A stretch of 64,000 nucleotides of DNA from Podarcis tiliguerta (lineage: Eukaryota): assembly GCA_965153285.1 (NCBI GenBank), contig OZ229115.1. One strand, written 5' to 3'. The translations under genes were made by a program, and so were the position numbers. The notes under the pieces are model-generated. The model was not told the origin of the DNA, did no database searches, and saw nothing but the letters and a program-made list of their open reading frames with translations. Of this stretch, positions 1-12,499 are shown piece after piece. Position 1 is the stretch's first letter; the number at the start of each line of letters is the position of its first letter.

Positions 1-596
1 AGGGGTAGGGTGCTTGGCGACCTGGGGTGGTGGTTCTGCTGAGCCATCTCAGTCCCTCCGCTGAGGTCCGGAGAAGAACATAAGAGTTGGAGGTAAGAAC
101 TGGGCTGTCTGCCCACAAACAGATTAGCAAGGTATACCCTCGGCAGCTATGTGGGAGTTAATCCATGATCCACTTGGCGTGGGGAGGGGGTTCGTGGGAC
201 ATGTGAGCAACGCCAGTGGTGATTTCCAGAAAAGATCCAGGCTTCTCCTCCAGCCGGCTAGGAAGGACTGCGGTTCAGCGGCAGAGCCGAAGGTCCCTCA
301 TCTAGCCCCAGCATCTCCAGATATTGCTGAGGAAGGTCAATACTGGAGAACTGCTGCCAATCTATGCGTAGACCAGCCTTTCCAAACCATCAGCCCAAGC
401 TGTGCAGGACTCATGGGATGGTGGTGGAATTCTGCTCTAGATAATAGCAAGTTAGATGGACCAATGATCTCTTCTTGGACTAAAGCACCCTTTTATATTT
501 TGAATGAGGAAGCGTTAATCAGAGTAACTGAGTCTTCCGAAGGTGCATATGAAAACCAGTGTGCCATATCTGCTTACATTTGTGTTGAGTCCCCAG

Positions 597-914
597 CAGG
601 GCCATCTTAAGCATATCTGGCGCCGTGGTGTAAAGCTCCCTCTGGCACCCCCCGCCCCCATTTCCCAGAGTTTTTTAGGGAGGACGGCGCTGCCGGCGGG
701 GCTGGAGGAGGCGGGCAGCGGCTGGAGGGTGGCTCCTCTGGCAGGGAAGCGGTGGAGGCTGGCTGCGGTGCCTCCCGGCTCAGCTGGCTGCTGCATGCCG
801 TGGTGGGCAAGGGCGGCAAGCTGATGCTGGCAGGTGCCGCGTCCAGCCTCTGCCTCTTCCCTGGCGCCCTCCAGAACTTGGCGCCCTGGCGCCTCTATGG
901 GTAAGACGCACCTG
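597..914. mobile_element. GC-rich non-autonomous hAT-type DNA transposon
   Basis: Imperfect TIRs (cagggccatcttaa ... gtaagacgcacctg) flanked by a perfect 8-bp TSD gtccccag at 589-596 and 915-922. Confidence 0.8.
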
Positions 915-1929
915 GTCCCCAGCAAAAGCAGAGTGGCCACAGGCACCAGCCTAGCTTAAGGAGAGAGGGGAGTTGCATGTGTGCTTGAATAGCTGGGGAA
1001 AGGGGGCGTAATTGTTACACTGGGTGGTGCCTTGCCTCTATTCCATGGAATCAGAAAAGGGAAGACTTTCCAGTGTGGCTTAGCTGCTCTCCAACAAGAC
1101 CACTGTACCCCATAACCCAGAATCTCCCAGGCCCCTAGCACATGCTCCTGGGCCCTCAGGCCAGGATCTGGGGGCAGAAGACGGGGTCCCATGCAGCAAA
1201 ATGATGAAGGACCCCCAATGCATGACTTTATAAGTGAGCAAAGTCATACAAATTATTACTATCTAAGGATGATGGGGCGGGGGATAGAAGACAGTTAACT
1301 GCTACTGAGCACCTGGAAGTAGGGACTGGGGGAGCTTGATGAGACAAGAGCAGAACTTGGCAGAACAGCACTGTGCGCCTGCCGTTCTGTCCAGAGAAAG
1401 GCAGCCGCGATTCAGCTACTAGGGTCAGGGATCAGCACTGCCAAGCCGCTGATCACCAGCACCGCACTGGCATGGACTACAGACCAGTTCCTGCTGTGGC
1501 ACAACATCCATGAGAAGTTTGGGTGGGCAAGGACTGCTCTGTAATTCCCCTAGCGATGGGTGTAAGGAGCAACTGCCAGGGCTTCCAGCCACTCATCTGC
1601 TCTCTCCTGCCCTGGGCAGCTCTGCCTGCGGGTGATGCAGCAGTAAGGACTGCCCAGCTTGAGAGTGCAAGCAAACGTCATGCCCAATACTGTGCCACCA
1701 CGAGGGAGGATGCAGGTGAGAGTGAGTATGTGGGTGGCCCACGTTTTGCATGAGCAGCTGCCTCTGCTCACCTGCACCCTCCCTGCTGTCCCTCCCTGAG
1801 AGAGAGAGCGCAAGCCGGCAGAAGCAGCACCTTACTCTGGCTCTCCTTGGGCCCAATCCTCTCCACCATGTTGTCCAGAGAGCGAAAGTGCCCGCAGCCT
1901 CCAATCCCCCCACTCTCTGGTGGCAGCGA

Positions 1930-3200
1930 GGACTAGGAGGCAGAGAAGTGCCTCATGACCGTCGCCAGGGCGCCAGCTGCCCGAGGGCCCCAGGGGCCTC
2001 CGCGCCGGTCCCAGGGGCGGCGCCTGCGCCGGCTGCTCGGCTTGGCGGCCGGGGTGGGGTGCGGCGAGGTCCCACCCGTGGCTGTTTCTCTTGTCTCTCG
2101 GGCGAGCCCCGCCCTGGGGATCAGGTGACAGCGGAGGCTGGAATTTGACACCAGACTCTGCCAGCCGCGGAGATGGAGCCGGTGCTTTTCTTCCTGCCAG
2201 AGGCCGCCCGTCCCGGAGCCCGGCCGGCCGTAGGTCCGCTTCCCAAGGGCCGAGCGCCCCGCCGGCTCCCTGCCTCGCCGTGTGCGGTGAGTCCGGCCCG
2301 GCGTGGAGGGGGGTCCCGGGATCGGGGCTGCCCTGCCGACTCTGGCCCAGACGCCAGCCGCTCTAACCCGATCTTTCCCCGCAGGGGGGCGCTGAGCCCA
2401 CCGGGCACCTGCCGGCCATGCAGGCGACGTGAACGTCGGGCGCCCGAGGGAGCGATCCCGGCGGGGCCGGGCTATGGCCCCCGGGGCCGGGTGAGCGCAG
2501 GAGCCGCCGAGGAGCCGCTGCCGCCGCCGCCGCCGGGAGGTAAGGAGGGGGGCTGGCGAGCTCGTGGTCCTCGCGGGGAAAGGGCTGTGGGTGTGCGCAG
2601 TTCTGTCCCAGAGCGGGGAGAGGCGAAATCTCTGGTCGTCGGGAAGGGGCGCGGGGGCCCTCCTCTTTGCTCCCTCCCCGGCCGATCCCGGTGTAGGTAT
2701 TCCCCGTGGCTCTGACCAGGCCGCCGGTGACCGTGTGTCTCCCGTGCAGGGAGCGGATTCGATGCCCTGGAAGGGCCGGTACCCGAGGGCAGAGGGAGGC
2801 GCTTCCCGGCCCGGATCCTCGGAGCATGGTCCCCGGAGAGCCGCGCGCAGCAGGAGGCGCTCGATCTGCCGAGACGGAGCGCGCGGTGAGTGCGGCGGGC
2901 GGGAAAGCGCGAGCGCAGCGCCCCCTAGACTGGGGCGGGGAGGAGAGAGCGGGGCAAATGCGCGGCTGGGGGGGGGGGCGGAGAAGCAAGACTCTGGAGC
3001 GGAGCAAGTAGGCAGGCTGTTCGGAAGGGGAGCGGGCGCTTGTCGCGGCAGGGCTGCTTCTCCGCCGCCGACCCGGGTAACTCTTGGCGGACTTCGAGCG
3101 CCTTCGTTCTCCAGAGGGCCGCTTGCTCGGAGTCGAACCGCACGCTCGCTCGCTCTCTCGGTTCCCCGCACCCCACAGCTCAGGTCTGCCTCGTGGCTCC
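1930..3200. promoter_or_regulatory. CpG island, probable ARTN promoter and 5' non-coding exon region
   Basis: Very GC/CpG-rich, GC boxes (ggggcggg ~2932), candidate donors gtgagc (2491) and gtaagg (2540); ~4 kb upstream of the first ARTN coding exon. Confidence 0.7.
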
Positions 3201-3477
3201 AGTCTTAAGTTTTCCAGGCAGCTCCTCTGGAGAGAATCGATGGTTGAGTGTGTTGTATGTGTGTGTGAGCGAGGCAGAGAAAGACAAGAGAGCCGGATGC
3301 AGGGTGTCTCTTTGCCTTTTCCCAGGCGGTCCACGGTCCTCTTCTCTTCTAGAATTTCTCTGGCATTTCTCTGCGTTTCCTCCAGTCCAAGAGTGGCTAA
3401 CCTTTGGCCCTCCAGATATTGCTGGACTACAACTAACATCATTTCTGACCATTGGTAATGTTGGATGGGACTGAGGA

Positions 3478-3556
3478 GTCATAGAATCACAGAATTGTAG
3501 GGTTGCAAGGGACCTCCAGGGTAATCTAGTCCAACCCCCTGCAATGCAGGAATCCT
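3478..3556 (-). mobile_element. CR1-type 3' tail fragment (SINE or LINE end)
   Basis: catagaatcacagaattgtagggttgcaagggacc...tctagtccaaccccctgcaatgcaggaatc is the reverse complement of a CR1 3' end; same motif at 5402, 18977 and 29545. Confidence 0.7.
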
Positions 3557-3726
3557 GCTCATGGTACCTGGGTGGACTTGACCCACCAAAACAGCCAGAT
3601 GCACTGACCCTACAGAGCCTAACAACTTCTAGCAAGCTCTCTGGGGCTGTTAGACCAGGCGTATCAGGAAGGACCTCTCTGGCTTCCTCAGGCACTTCCA
3701 GAACATATTTCCACCAGCATTCAAAG

Positions 3727-3750
3727 GAGAGAGAGAGAGAGAGAGAGAGA
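3727..3750. repeat. (GA)n microsatellite
   Basis: About 12 GA units seen directly. Confidence 0.9.
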
Positions 3751-5401
3751 AGAATTCGACACAATTTCTACATCATCAAAACTTGAGAAACTCAGCTCTT
3801 CCACCTCAGTCACTGAGCCTACAATGCTATGCAAACTTACCTGAGAGCAGCGAGACTTACGTCTGAGTAAACGTGCCGAGGATTGCACAGCAGGTCTGTT
3901 TTCCACTCCCCATCACCACCGGTGTCCGGCAGCCCACTCCTCTTTTCTGCTGTGGTTCCGATCCTGGCGTGACTTCTCTGTTGCTTCCTAGCAGATATAA
4001 TTCCTGCTGTTTTTGGTTACTGTTCAAGAGAATGTGGCGTCAGGTTGCGAGTCCTGCATTAGCTTGCTTGCTCACTTAGTCTTTTGACTGTGTTCGTTGT
4101 AGACACCAGGGACATGTTGGGCTGCTCCGGTGGCTGAGTGTCCAGAGATGAGGCTCCAGAACTGACACTTTGGCATGCTGTTCCAGCCACAAAGGGTCCA
4201 GGATAGCATATGCATGGATGCTTTACAAAGTGAGCAGGATGTCCAGAGTTGTGGGGGTGGAGGAGCAGGAGAAGGAGCAGGGTGTATATTGGCTGCTCAT
4301 CAGCTTCAAGGAAGACTTTGCTGCCAACATCTCTTTGTTTTGGAAAGTAAACATAAATCTTCAAACCAGCTTCCTTCAAAAACTCCTGCAGCTCTGCAAC
4401 GGAATGCCTTAGAGTCACCACTTCAGATTGTTATGACAGTTTGAGGCACCAGAAAGATAATATTCTGTTCTCCCCGCCCATACTAACCCATTCCTTTCTT
4501 ACTAGCCATTGTTTTGTATATTTCCCTAATTACCCACAAATAGACTATGTGGTCCTATGTGCTCTGACTGCCTATTTGGCTCTCCCAGAACCTGTTCCAA
4601 ACACTCCTCCCTGATTTGCGAAATGCAGCACAAGCAGCCCTTCATTTCTTAATCGAAACAGCTGCATGACAGGGGAAGATGCTGTTTTCATAATGTCCGT
4701 GCCCCTGTGTGCTACTAGGTGGCCCATACCAGGCAGGAGTCTTCAGGAATACATTTCAAAGGATTTGTGTCATCCTTCTGACGCAGCTTCTGAATTCATT
4801 TGGCAGCCAGCAGTCAATGGATAAGCCTCCCCTCCCTTCCATTCTTCTCAGTCCTCTTGGGTTTCCCTGGGAATTGAACTTGATTCCCTACCCCCATAAT
4901 TCTGATCCAGGTCTGTGGAAGACTTGCATTAATGAACATGAGTCAAATTCAGGCCTCTGCATCAGAGGAGGCATGGCTTTTCCACCCAAAGGTCTTGGGA
5001 AAAGATGTCTTTGAAACTTCCAGAGTTGTTGCTAGAAGCTGATGACTCCCAGAAGCTCTGCAATCAGTGTGGTTATTACTCTGTGCTGGGTCTGGCAAGA
5101 TATGGAGGCAGATTTCCACTGGGCCTCAATGTCTGCATGGTTGGGGACTCTGCATACTAGGTATGGTTGCCTGGATGGCAGAAAATAAACAGAAGTCTGA
5201 ATTCTGAAGATCAGTAGTATCTATTAGGATGTGCTTGGACATTGGACCCAGAGGATATAATTTCCACATTTCACAGGTTGATCTTCAGAAGCTATTCTTT
5301 TCTCTACAAAATCACTGGTAGGACCTCCCCACCTTCCAGGACAGACATGGATATTCTGTGCAGGGCTCAAAGATAGAGATGTATCTGTTTCAGTGGAAGG
5401 C

Positions 5402-5846
5402 TCATAGTCTATAGAATTGTAGTGTTGGGAGGTTGGGAGGGGCCAAAGGGTCCTCTAGTCCAGGGGTAGGCAACCTAAGGCCCATGGGCCGCAAGCAGCC
5501 CACGGGGGTCATTTAACCAGCCCACGAGCGGTCCCCTAACTGAGCAGCCCACTTGGCGAGTCCCCATGCGCTGTGCTAAACCAGCACAGCACGGCACAGG
5601 GACTTGCTTTCACAGTGCCGGAAATCACGTCTGCGCATGCTCAGGCGCCGGAAATTGCGGCTGTGCATGCGCAATCTGGCCCACGGAGGGATCTCTGCTG
5701 GAGTGAACCGGCCCAGGCGAGGTAAACCTTGCCGACCCCTGCTCTAGTCCAACCCCCTGTGATGCAGGAATTTGTTGCCCAATGTGAGGTTTGAACCCAT
5801 GGCCCTGAAGTTAAGAGTCTCCTGCTCTACTGACTGAACTATCCCA
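5402..5846 (-). mobile_element. tRNA-Lys(CUU)-headed SINE with CR1-type tail, interrupted by a hAT element
   Basis: Reverse complement of 5777-5846 (gatagttcagtcagtagagcaggagactcttaacttcagggccatgggttcaaacctcacattgggc) aligns by eye to tRNA-Lys-CTT and runs into a CR1 3' tail. Confidence 0.75.
5461..5741. mobile_element. Non-autonomous hAT (Charlie-like) element
   Basis: TIRs caggggtaggcaa ... ttgccgacccctg; perfect 8-bp TSD ctctagtc at 5453-5460 and 5742-5749. Confidence 0.88.
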
Positions 5847-7171
5847 GGAAGCCTGTCTTTCTCACAGCTACCCGCACTGCTGCGTCTTTAAATCATTTTG
5901 GAACTCTCAGTCTGCGGAATCAGGGCTAGGTTCTCCCTCTTAGCCACTGAGATGAGATAAAAGGTTCCCCTCTGTGTGTGTGGTATGGGCAGTGTAAAAA
6001 AACGCAAAACTCTGGTTCTCTGTTGCCACCTTGTGGGAATCTGATAAAGTGCACATCTCTGCAAACGACCAGATTTCCCAGATGTTCCCTCATGCAGGAG
6101 ATGAATCCTGTCTGGTCAGGTCAGATCAATGCCAGTTGAAGGTAGTCTAATATCATAGCTAGCTAATTAAGGTGGTGGCAACTTCAGATGGAAGGATAAT
6201 CAAGAACCAAAAGGGTTTACCTTTGCATCCAGCCTCTACACAAGCTCTTTTAAAAGGGCTCAGCTGTTTAATACTCTGGGGAACCGCTCTCTGTAGTTGC
6301 AGGGCAGAAAGTAGTGTGAGGGCAGACTGTGCCTCTGATAAAATCTGGTGCTTCACTCAGTGGGTTAGCTCTAACAATGAGCTTACAATCTAAAATTTTA
6401 CACTGGGGTAAAACTGTCTGCAGTTGTGGGACAGGTGTGCTCATATCTCACAAATCATAGCAATGGCATAATAAAGTACCCATGTTGGAAGCACTTACTG
6501 TCATACTAGACTCTTCCATGTGAGCTTTCCCTGGTTGCATGCCTGGTGGCAGCCCTTACAAACCCCAAGCCATTTGTGTGCATGTCACCATAAACATGAA
6601 CTAGCACAAAACCTTCAGAAATTATCAAGCTAGGTCTCATCAGAGTTGGAACTGGCCAGGAACCTCTTTTGTCCCAGTCCTGGGTAGGTGCCTGATCTCT
6701 CCATGGTACCCCTCTAGAGACGACGATGAAATACAAGGAGCTGCAACACTCATGCCTGTTTTATTTATTTCAGCACCAGCATCCACAAGATAGTTGCTTG
6801 CTGTGGATATTGGTGGTCTTAGCTGATGCTAAGGAAATGGCTTGTTTTAATTTTTCATTGGCCAAGATACATTATTGGGACAGAGCCATGGGAATGTCTC
6901 ATAGCCCAACCCTGTTCCTGTTACAGACTCATACCAGATCCTAAACTGCAAACTTTCAGGTCAACTATCTCTTGCAAGGGTCATCTGAACTGCTTTTATT
7001 TAGCTCAACTGACTCACTTATCCAGAGAGGCTTGCAGTGCAGGAAGGAGAAGTGTAGATCTAGACAAGGGTGATGTCTGGGCCACAGTAAGGCTGAAGGT
7101 GTAGAAATTAGGCTATCCAATTAGGAAAGAAAGGTCCGGTTCCTGAACTGTGTCTTTGTGTTGCAGGTAGG

Positions 7172-7261
7172 ATGGAGTGGAGAGTGGAGGGGCCAAGGCA
7201 CAGATCGGACAGATCTCCCTCTGCCTACAGGAGTTTGCCTGTCCAACAAGAGCGATACAGG
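7172..7261 (+). CDS. ARTN: ARTN first coding exon (MEWRVEGP...QERYR)
   Basis: Acceptor ttgcag ends 7166, aggATGg context, 30 open codons, donor AGG|gtgagt in phase 0 matching the next exon. Confidence 0.65.
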
Positions 7262-8948
7262 GTGAGTTAGCCTCGCCAGAGGGTGTTTTCAACACAGGAG
7301 CAGGAGCCTCAGAAGCAACGGGTAGGTAGAAAGGCCCTTGTCTGCAGGAGGATCCCAGCTCTCCCAATGTATGAGATGGAATGGCTTCTTGGTACATCAC
7401 TTGCCTTGGGTTTCCAATGCATGAATCTGGTTCTTTGCTGCTCTCTGTTAGCCTAGCCCAGTGTTTCTCAAACTTGGGTCTCTAGCTGTGGTTGGACTAC
7501 AACTCCCATCACCCCAAGTTAGCAGAACCAGTGGTCAGGGATGATGGGAGTTGTAGTCCAACAACAGCTAGAGACCCAAGTTTGAGAAACACTGGCCTCT
7601 CCCCTTGTGGGAACCTTGTCTTGGAGAGCTGCATTGTACATAGCAGTTTTCTTACATAGGTTTCATTTTTATGTAGGCCAAAGCTTGTCCATTGCTCATG
7701 TGAACTTGCATATGTCTTCTTTGCTGCATGCATCTATAACTGTAGCTTCTCACTTGGCATGCATGTGATGAAATGGATTCCTGGGCACCTTTATCTTTTC
7801 ACATAATGGTGCAATTATGGCACATATACATGGCCAGCATGTGTTTTCCAGCACAGAAGTGACACCCACGTTAGAAGGTGAAGTAGCCTCGAGGCACAAC
7901 ACATTGCCTCCTCATCGCACCTTCTTTTGTAGGACAGCATTCTCTGTGCCCTTGTTTCCATGAGGTGTGCTTACTGAGGTGTGCCATTATCTCTTTCGTA
8001 GGAGCGGGGTTTGTGGGGTACAATCACCCTGCTATCATTGTTTGCTGGTGCAGTCATGGCAACCCCGCAGACCTGGCACAACAACCAGACATTGGGAGCT
8101 GCCTCTGATGGCAGCATGGGCACTGCCAGCCCTGCCTCTCTGGAGGAAAACAGCAGGGAAGCATCATCACTGGGCACATGGAGCCACTGGCACGGTAGGA
8201 ACCTGGCATGTCTCATGGGGAAGTGGGTGAGAGTCTGGGGTAGTGAGGATCTAAACTTTTCCCAGTTGGATCCTCACCCACACAGTGGTCCCCAGCTTCC
8301 TTTGTCTCAGGCACTGCTGTGATGCTTTGCCTCTCTTTAAACCATTTACCCACCCTCCATGCCCTTTGAAACAGGCAGTCCATTTGCAGAGCAAATGGAA
8401 ATAGGTATATTCCTGCCTGTTATCTTTTGGGCAGATTGAGCCCCATGCCCTTTTCCTTGATTCCCGGTGCCTAACATTCTCCCCATGTCCTCCTTTCTGC
8501 TCGCCCCTCTTCTTTTTTTCCTTCAGGGGGAAACATGACCATAGACAGGCTGAGCTCTTCGGAACTGCTCAGGGCTGAGCGCTCCCCAGCCAGCTCCGGC
8601 AAGGCCAAGAAAGGATCCAAGAAAGCCGGTCGCAGCAAAAACAGCCGCTTCTGCCGCCTGCACAGCCGCCTGGTGAAGGTGCGGGACCTTGGGCTGGGCT
8701 TCGAGTCGGAGGAGATTGTGCGGTTCAAGTACTGCAGTGGGTCGTGCCAGCGAGCCCGCACCAACTATGACTTGGCCTTGAGTAGCCTGCTACAGCAACG
8801 CACCATCGTGCCTGGGCCTCATGACCACCCTTCCTCCCACCCCTGCTGCCGCCCCACCCGGTATGAGGACTTCTCCTTTATGAATGTGCGCAATGCCTGG
8901 CAGACTGTGGACCATGTCTCAGCAGCAGAGTGTGGCTGTGTGGGCTGA
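7172..8948 (+). CDS. ARTN: Artemin, GDNF-family ligand precursor; join(7172..7261,8002..8194,8527..8948), ~234 aa
   Basis: Last exon encodes a GDNF-family cystine knot (CRLHSRLVKVRDLGLG...FKYCSGSC...PCCRPTRYE...AECGCVG); RAER furin site; hydrophobic signal segment in exon 2; splice phases 0 and 1 are consistent; lies immediately upstream of IPO13 as mammalian ARTN does. Confidence 0.9.
7459..7594. mobile_element. Palindromic hAT MITE (actacaactccc family)
   Basis: Near-perfect fold-back cagtgtttctcaaacttgggtc...gacccaagtttgagaaacactg; degenerate 8-bp TSD gcctagcc/gcctctcc. Confidence 0.88.
8002..8194 (+). CDS. ARTN: ARTN coding exon 2 (signal peptide and pro-region)
   Basis: ctctttcgtag|GAG acceptor; ERGLWGTITLLSLFAGAVMA resembles human PALWPTLAALALLSS; donor G|gtagga phase 1. 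Confidence 0.8.
8527..8948 (+). CDS. ARTN: ARTN last coding exon (mature GDNF-family domain)
   Basis: Long pyrimidine tract plus cag acceptor; seven-cysteine GDNF-family pattern; stop TGA ends 8948. Confidence 0.95.
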
Positions 8949-10370
8949 GGGGGCTGCCTACTCCAAGCTCGCAGTTTGTCACTGAGGCTGCAGCCATGCC
9001 TAGGGCCTTGCTCCATTGGTGGGGCATGAGACACGGAGAGACACGGTCTGTGGTGGGGCTTTCCAGGTCAGGCAGAAGCAGCACATGGACAATAAGCAGG
9101 AGGAGAGCATGATGGCCACAGCTCGAAGGTGCCTGGGCCTTCATCTCCACATCTGTGGAACATTTTCATAGGGTACGTTCCTCATAGCAGCAAGATGGTG
9201 TGATGGAGGCCAGCCAAGCCTTTGAGGACTGCAAACCCACACTGGGAGGAGTTCTCCCCTTTAGGGTTTGGTCCGTCAAGCGTGTCGTGCATTTGCTCAC
9301 CCAGCAAGTTGCACCCTCCAGTGGAGAAGCAGCACTGGGATTTCCCATACCTTTACTCAAGGGATGAAGGATAGGGATGTAGCCTGAAAGACCTGTGGTG
9401 CAAATGGGTAGGTTCTTGAGCATCACTCCTTGCCACTTTGTCAGGCAGTGGAAAGAATTGGCTGCTCGCTCAGGTCACCTGGCCCTGTCAATTGCAAGGC
9501 TGATGTTCTCTCCCACTTTAAGCCCCCAAACCTTTCCCTGAGCAAATTGGTTTGCTCCATCAGAGAGCAGATGTAGTTGAACACGAAGGACAGAGTCACA
9601 ATGCTTAGCAGCAGCATCAGGGTCAACCTACAACTGGTGAGCTTGTGCTCTGACGGTCCAGCGATTGCTACTGCTGTCAGTCTTGTGCTGGGATGTTCGG
9701 CACAGTTGTTGAGGACTGAATGGAGCACCTTCCTGGTTTTGTACTAAGATGGTGGTAATTCTTAGAATCTTTGACCTGGTTTGGGGAGCTTCTCCTGGTG
9801 AGAACAAGCCCTTGGCAGATGGGAGGCTGGTGGCTGGACCTTGTGGAGATCGAGAAGCACAGCTGATGGAAGTCTTATGTTTCCACAGCGTAATTAAGGC
9901 ATCTATTGCTATAGAAAATGGTCTTATCCTATAAAACCAATGATGGTGTTAACATCCTGGTTTGCAACATTCCCTAACACACCAGCAGCAGCTTGGAGTT
10001 TGGCCACTACAGTTGCCAGGCCAACACTGGAAGCAGCAATAGCCCCTGCCAATCCCTGAGTCAGCCATCGCTTGGTGCCAGCAGGGTGGGGAACTCTCTG
10101 TCCTAGAAGTGACACTTTCTGAACAAAGTTATTTATTCTCTAACTTATTTATTTATTTGTTTGAACCCCACTCCCCACCCTACCCACCCAGTGGCACCTA
10201 TTTATGATGCTGAGAGTCGGGCCTGGTGTACCATTGAAAACGGGTGCTGATGTTATGTCCCGGCCTGTGACCAGCAGTTCCTACTCCCTTTTCCCTTCTT
10301 GGCCTGATCAAAGGCATTTCCTCTTTTTCCTTTCCTGATTTTTATATTCTCTACCCTTTATTTGCATTTG

Positions 10371-10415
10371 AATAAACTCTATTTTTGTACAGCAGCAACT
10401 TCCTGTAGCAATAAA
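10371..10415 (+). terminator. Tandem polyadenylation signals for ARTN
   Basis: AATAAA at 10371-10376 and 10410-10415 after U-rich 3' UTR sequence. Confidence 0.65.
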
Positions 10416-11630
10416 GCCTGTTAAGGCAGTGAGAAATTGGCTTCATGTGTATCTGTGTAGGAGGGGGGGAAACAACAAATATGCAAACCAGCTTAATTCA
10501 TAAATATAGTTTCTGAAGCAAGTGTGGGCGCAGACAAGCATTTGACTATGTGCCTTGTCATCTCAAAGTTTATCACCCATGTGCCAAACCTCTTGTTTAT
10601 TTATACGTGCTTGGTTGAAAGTGAGTTAAAAGGCCAGCAGATTGAACTCTGGCCAGCAGTGCCTAGGAGAATTTACTAAGAGCGGCTTCCTTTCTAGGTA
10701 AAAACCTGCAAATCCTGGGAGTCCTCGCACCTCAGTTTCAGGGTAAAAAGAGGGGTTTGTGCAACAAACGTTAAGTAACTTTGTGAAAAGTATTACAGAC
10801 TAGTCCATCTTAACATGGCAGTTGACGTTCCTTTATTCAAAACTGAATCCGCTGACATCCAGTGTTGGTAAATGGTTGCCAGATGTTATAAAAATAAGCT
10901 CTAGAAACCTCTGAAATGCTTAGACTATGTTATTTTATTCATTTCTAACAACAGCACAGGTGGTAAAGAATAGATTGTGCTGCTGAGCTTCTCCAATTTG
11001 AGCCAAGGTTAAGCTGGCATCTATCAACACATTCCTGAAAGGAAAAAGGGAGTTCTGTTGGAGTGACTTTTCCACACTGAAAACAAAAATTATGAAAAGT
11101 AAGACCCCATTAAAACTAGAGACAACATTGTACAAATCACATCTCCCACACTGGTCAGAATAATCTGAGATGTTTTCAAATTTAGCAGGTAGTAAATATC
11201 AGTGGTAAGCTATTTTATTTATTAATTAAAATATTTACAACTTGCCGTCTACACCAATCATTAAAAAGAACAAATCCAACTACCGATCAGGATTGGATAA
11301 ACAAATAATAAAGAATCTTTAAACACAAGTGATGGTAATAACAAATTAGGCACGCATAACTGCATGTACTCCAGCAGTTAGTTATGCAAACATGTTTCAC
11401 ACATTACTAAATCCTGGACTAGTGCCTACCACACAAGTAGCTTAAGCAGTGTTTATACTGGCGCCTGTTGTGCAGTGTTTACTTAGAAGTTAGTCCTGGT
11501 AACTTACTCTGTCGAATAGTGTAGGAGTGCATCTGTAAAGTAGCTGCCCCCCCCCTTTCTGCCCAGGTTCATAAAGACACCTAGTTTTGTTCTTTATGTT
11601 GCTGGGACTGGTGTGGTCTTAGGGTTTGGT

Positions 11631-11930
11631 CAGTGGCGTAGCGTGGGGGGTGCAGGGGGGGCCGGCCGCACTGGGCACAACATCTGGGGGGGGGGGCGTG
11701 CTCGCACTCGCAGCTCTCTGCCCCTACCTGGCTCACTCACTCTCTCTCACTGCAGTGCTGGCTGTGCAAATCCGATCCAAGCCGCCGGGTCGCCGCCCAC
11801 TGTGGAGGGGGGGGTGCCAGGCATGCGGTGCGGAGAGAGAGCGAGAGACTATCTGGGGGAGGGACAGTGCAGCGGGGGGCGCAAATTACTTGCCTTGCCC
11901 CGGGTACTGACAACCCACGCAATGCCACTG
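11631..11930. mobile_element. GC-rich non-autonomous hAT element
   Basis: TIRs cagtggcgtagcgtgg / ccacgcaatgccactg; perfect 8-bp TSD ggtttggt at 11623-11630 and 11931-11938. Confidence 0.88.
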
Positions 11931-12499
11931 GGTTTGGTTGTTTGTTGTTTAAATGTTTAAGCAGGGCTGAAGAACCTCAGGGATGGGGGCTGATTGTAGC
12001 TCTCCAAATTCTCTTTCCCGCCCTGAGACCTCCCAGGCCACATCCTTCACTGACTGGCCTATGGGCCTATGCCTTTTAGGGGCCCCTCGACAATGGATCA
12101 AAATAATATGGTCTTTTAAGAAATTACAAAAAATGTATTAGGAGATAATTTGTGAGCCCTCCCCCAATATTTCAACTGCCATGGGGCCTCCACAGGGTTT
12201 AATCCAGCATTGTCACTGACCGTGCTCTGTGCCCCCTTCAGCTTTTTTATCTGACCAGAACATGTCATTGAACTGTAAAAAGTAGCCCACTACGCAAAGG
12301 TGAGTCACATCCGATGCTCTGCCTTCTTTTACACCTGACCCCACCCACCAATGCCACTTGAAAGGTTGTCTACCGGGATTGGGAATGCTTGTGTAAGTTG
12401 CTTTGAGTGATTTATGGGTTACCTAAGCGTTTCCATAACATTCTATTTTATACCAGCTGCAAATTTGCTGCTGCTACGAGGTACTCCCTTACCGGGGTG

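Noticed and set aside
1750-3474. Long overlapping ORFs (412 aa, 359 aa, 214 aa) on both strands
   Set aside because: They lie in a CpG island where stop codons are depleted; Arg/Pro/Gly/Ala-rich with no recognisable domain and open in several frames at once
5777-5846. tRNA-Lys(CTT) gene on the minus strand
   Set aside because: Multiple stem mismatches and direct fusion to a CR1-type tail indicate a SINE head, not a functional tRNA
7459-7594. Long hairpins (also at 35011 and 62617) as pre-miRNAs
   Set aside because: Multi-copy with TIRs and 8-bp TSDs, so they are MITEs; nothing in the sequence supports miRNA processing
8221-8232. Alternative ARTN donor TGG|gtgaga at 8226/8227
   Set aside because: Phase 0, incompatible with the phase-1 terminal exon; the donor after 8194 keeps the frame
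8535-8948. 137-aa ORF as a standalone gene, or as NRTN/PSPN/GDNF
   Set aside because: It is a terminal exon with a strong acceptor at 8526 and in-phase upstream exons; synteny with IPO13 and the exon-2 signal peptide favour ARTN
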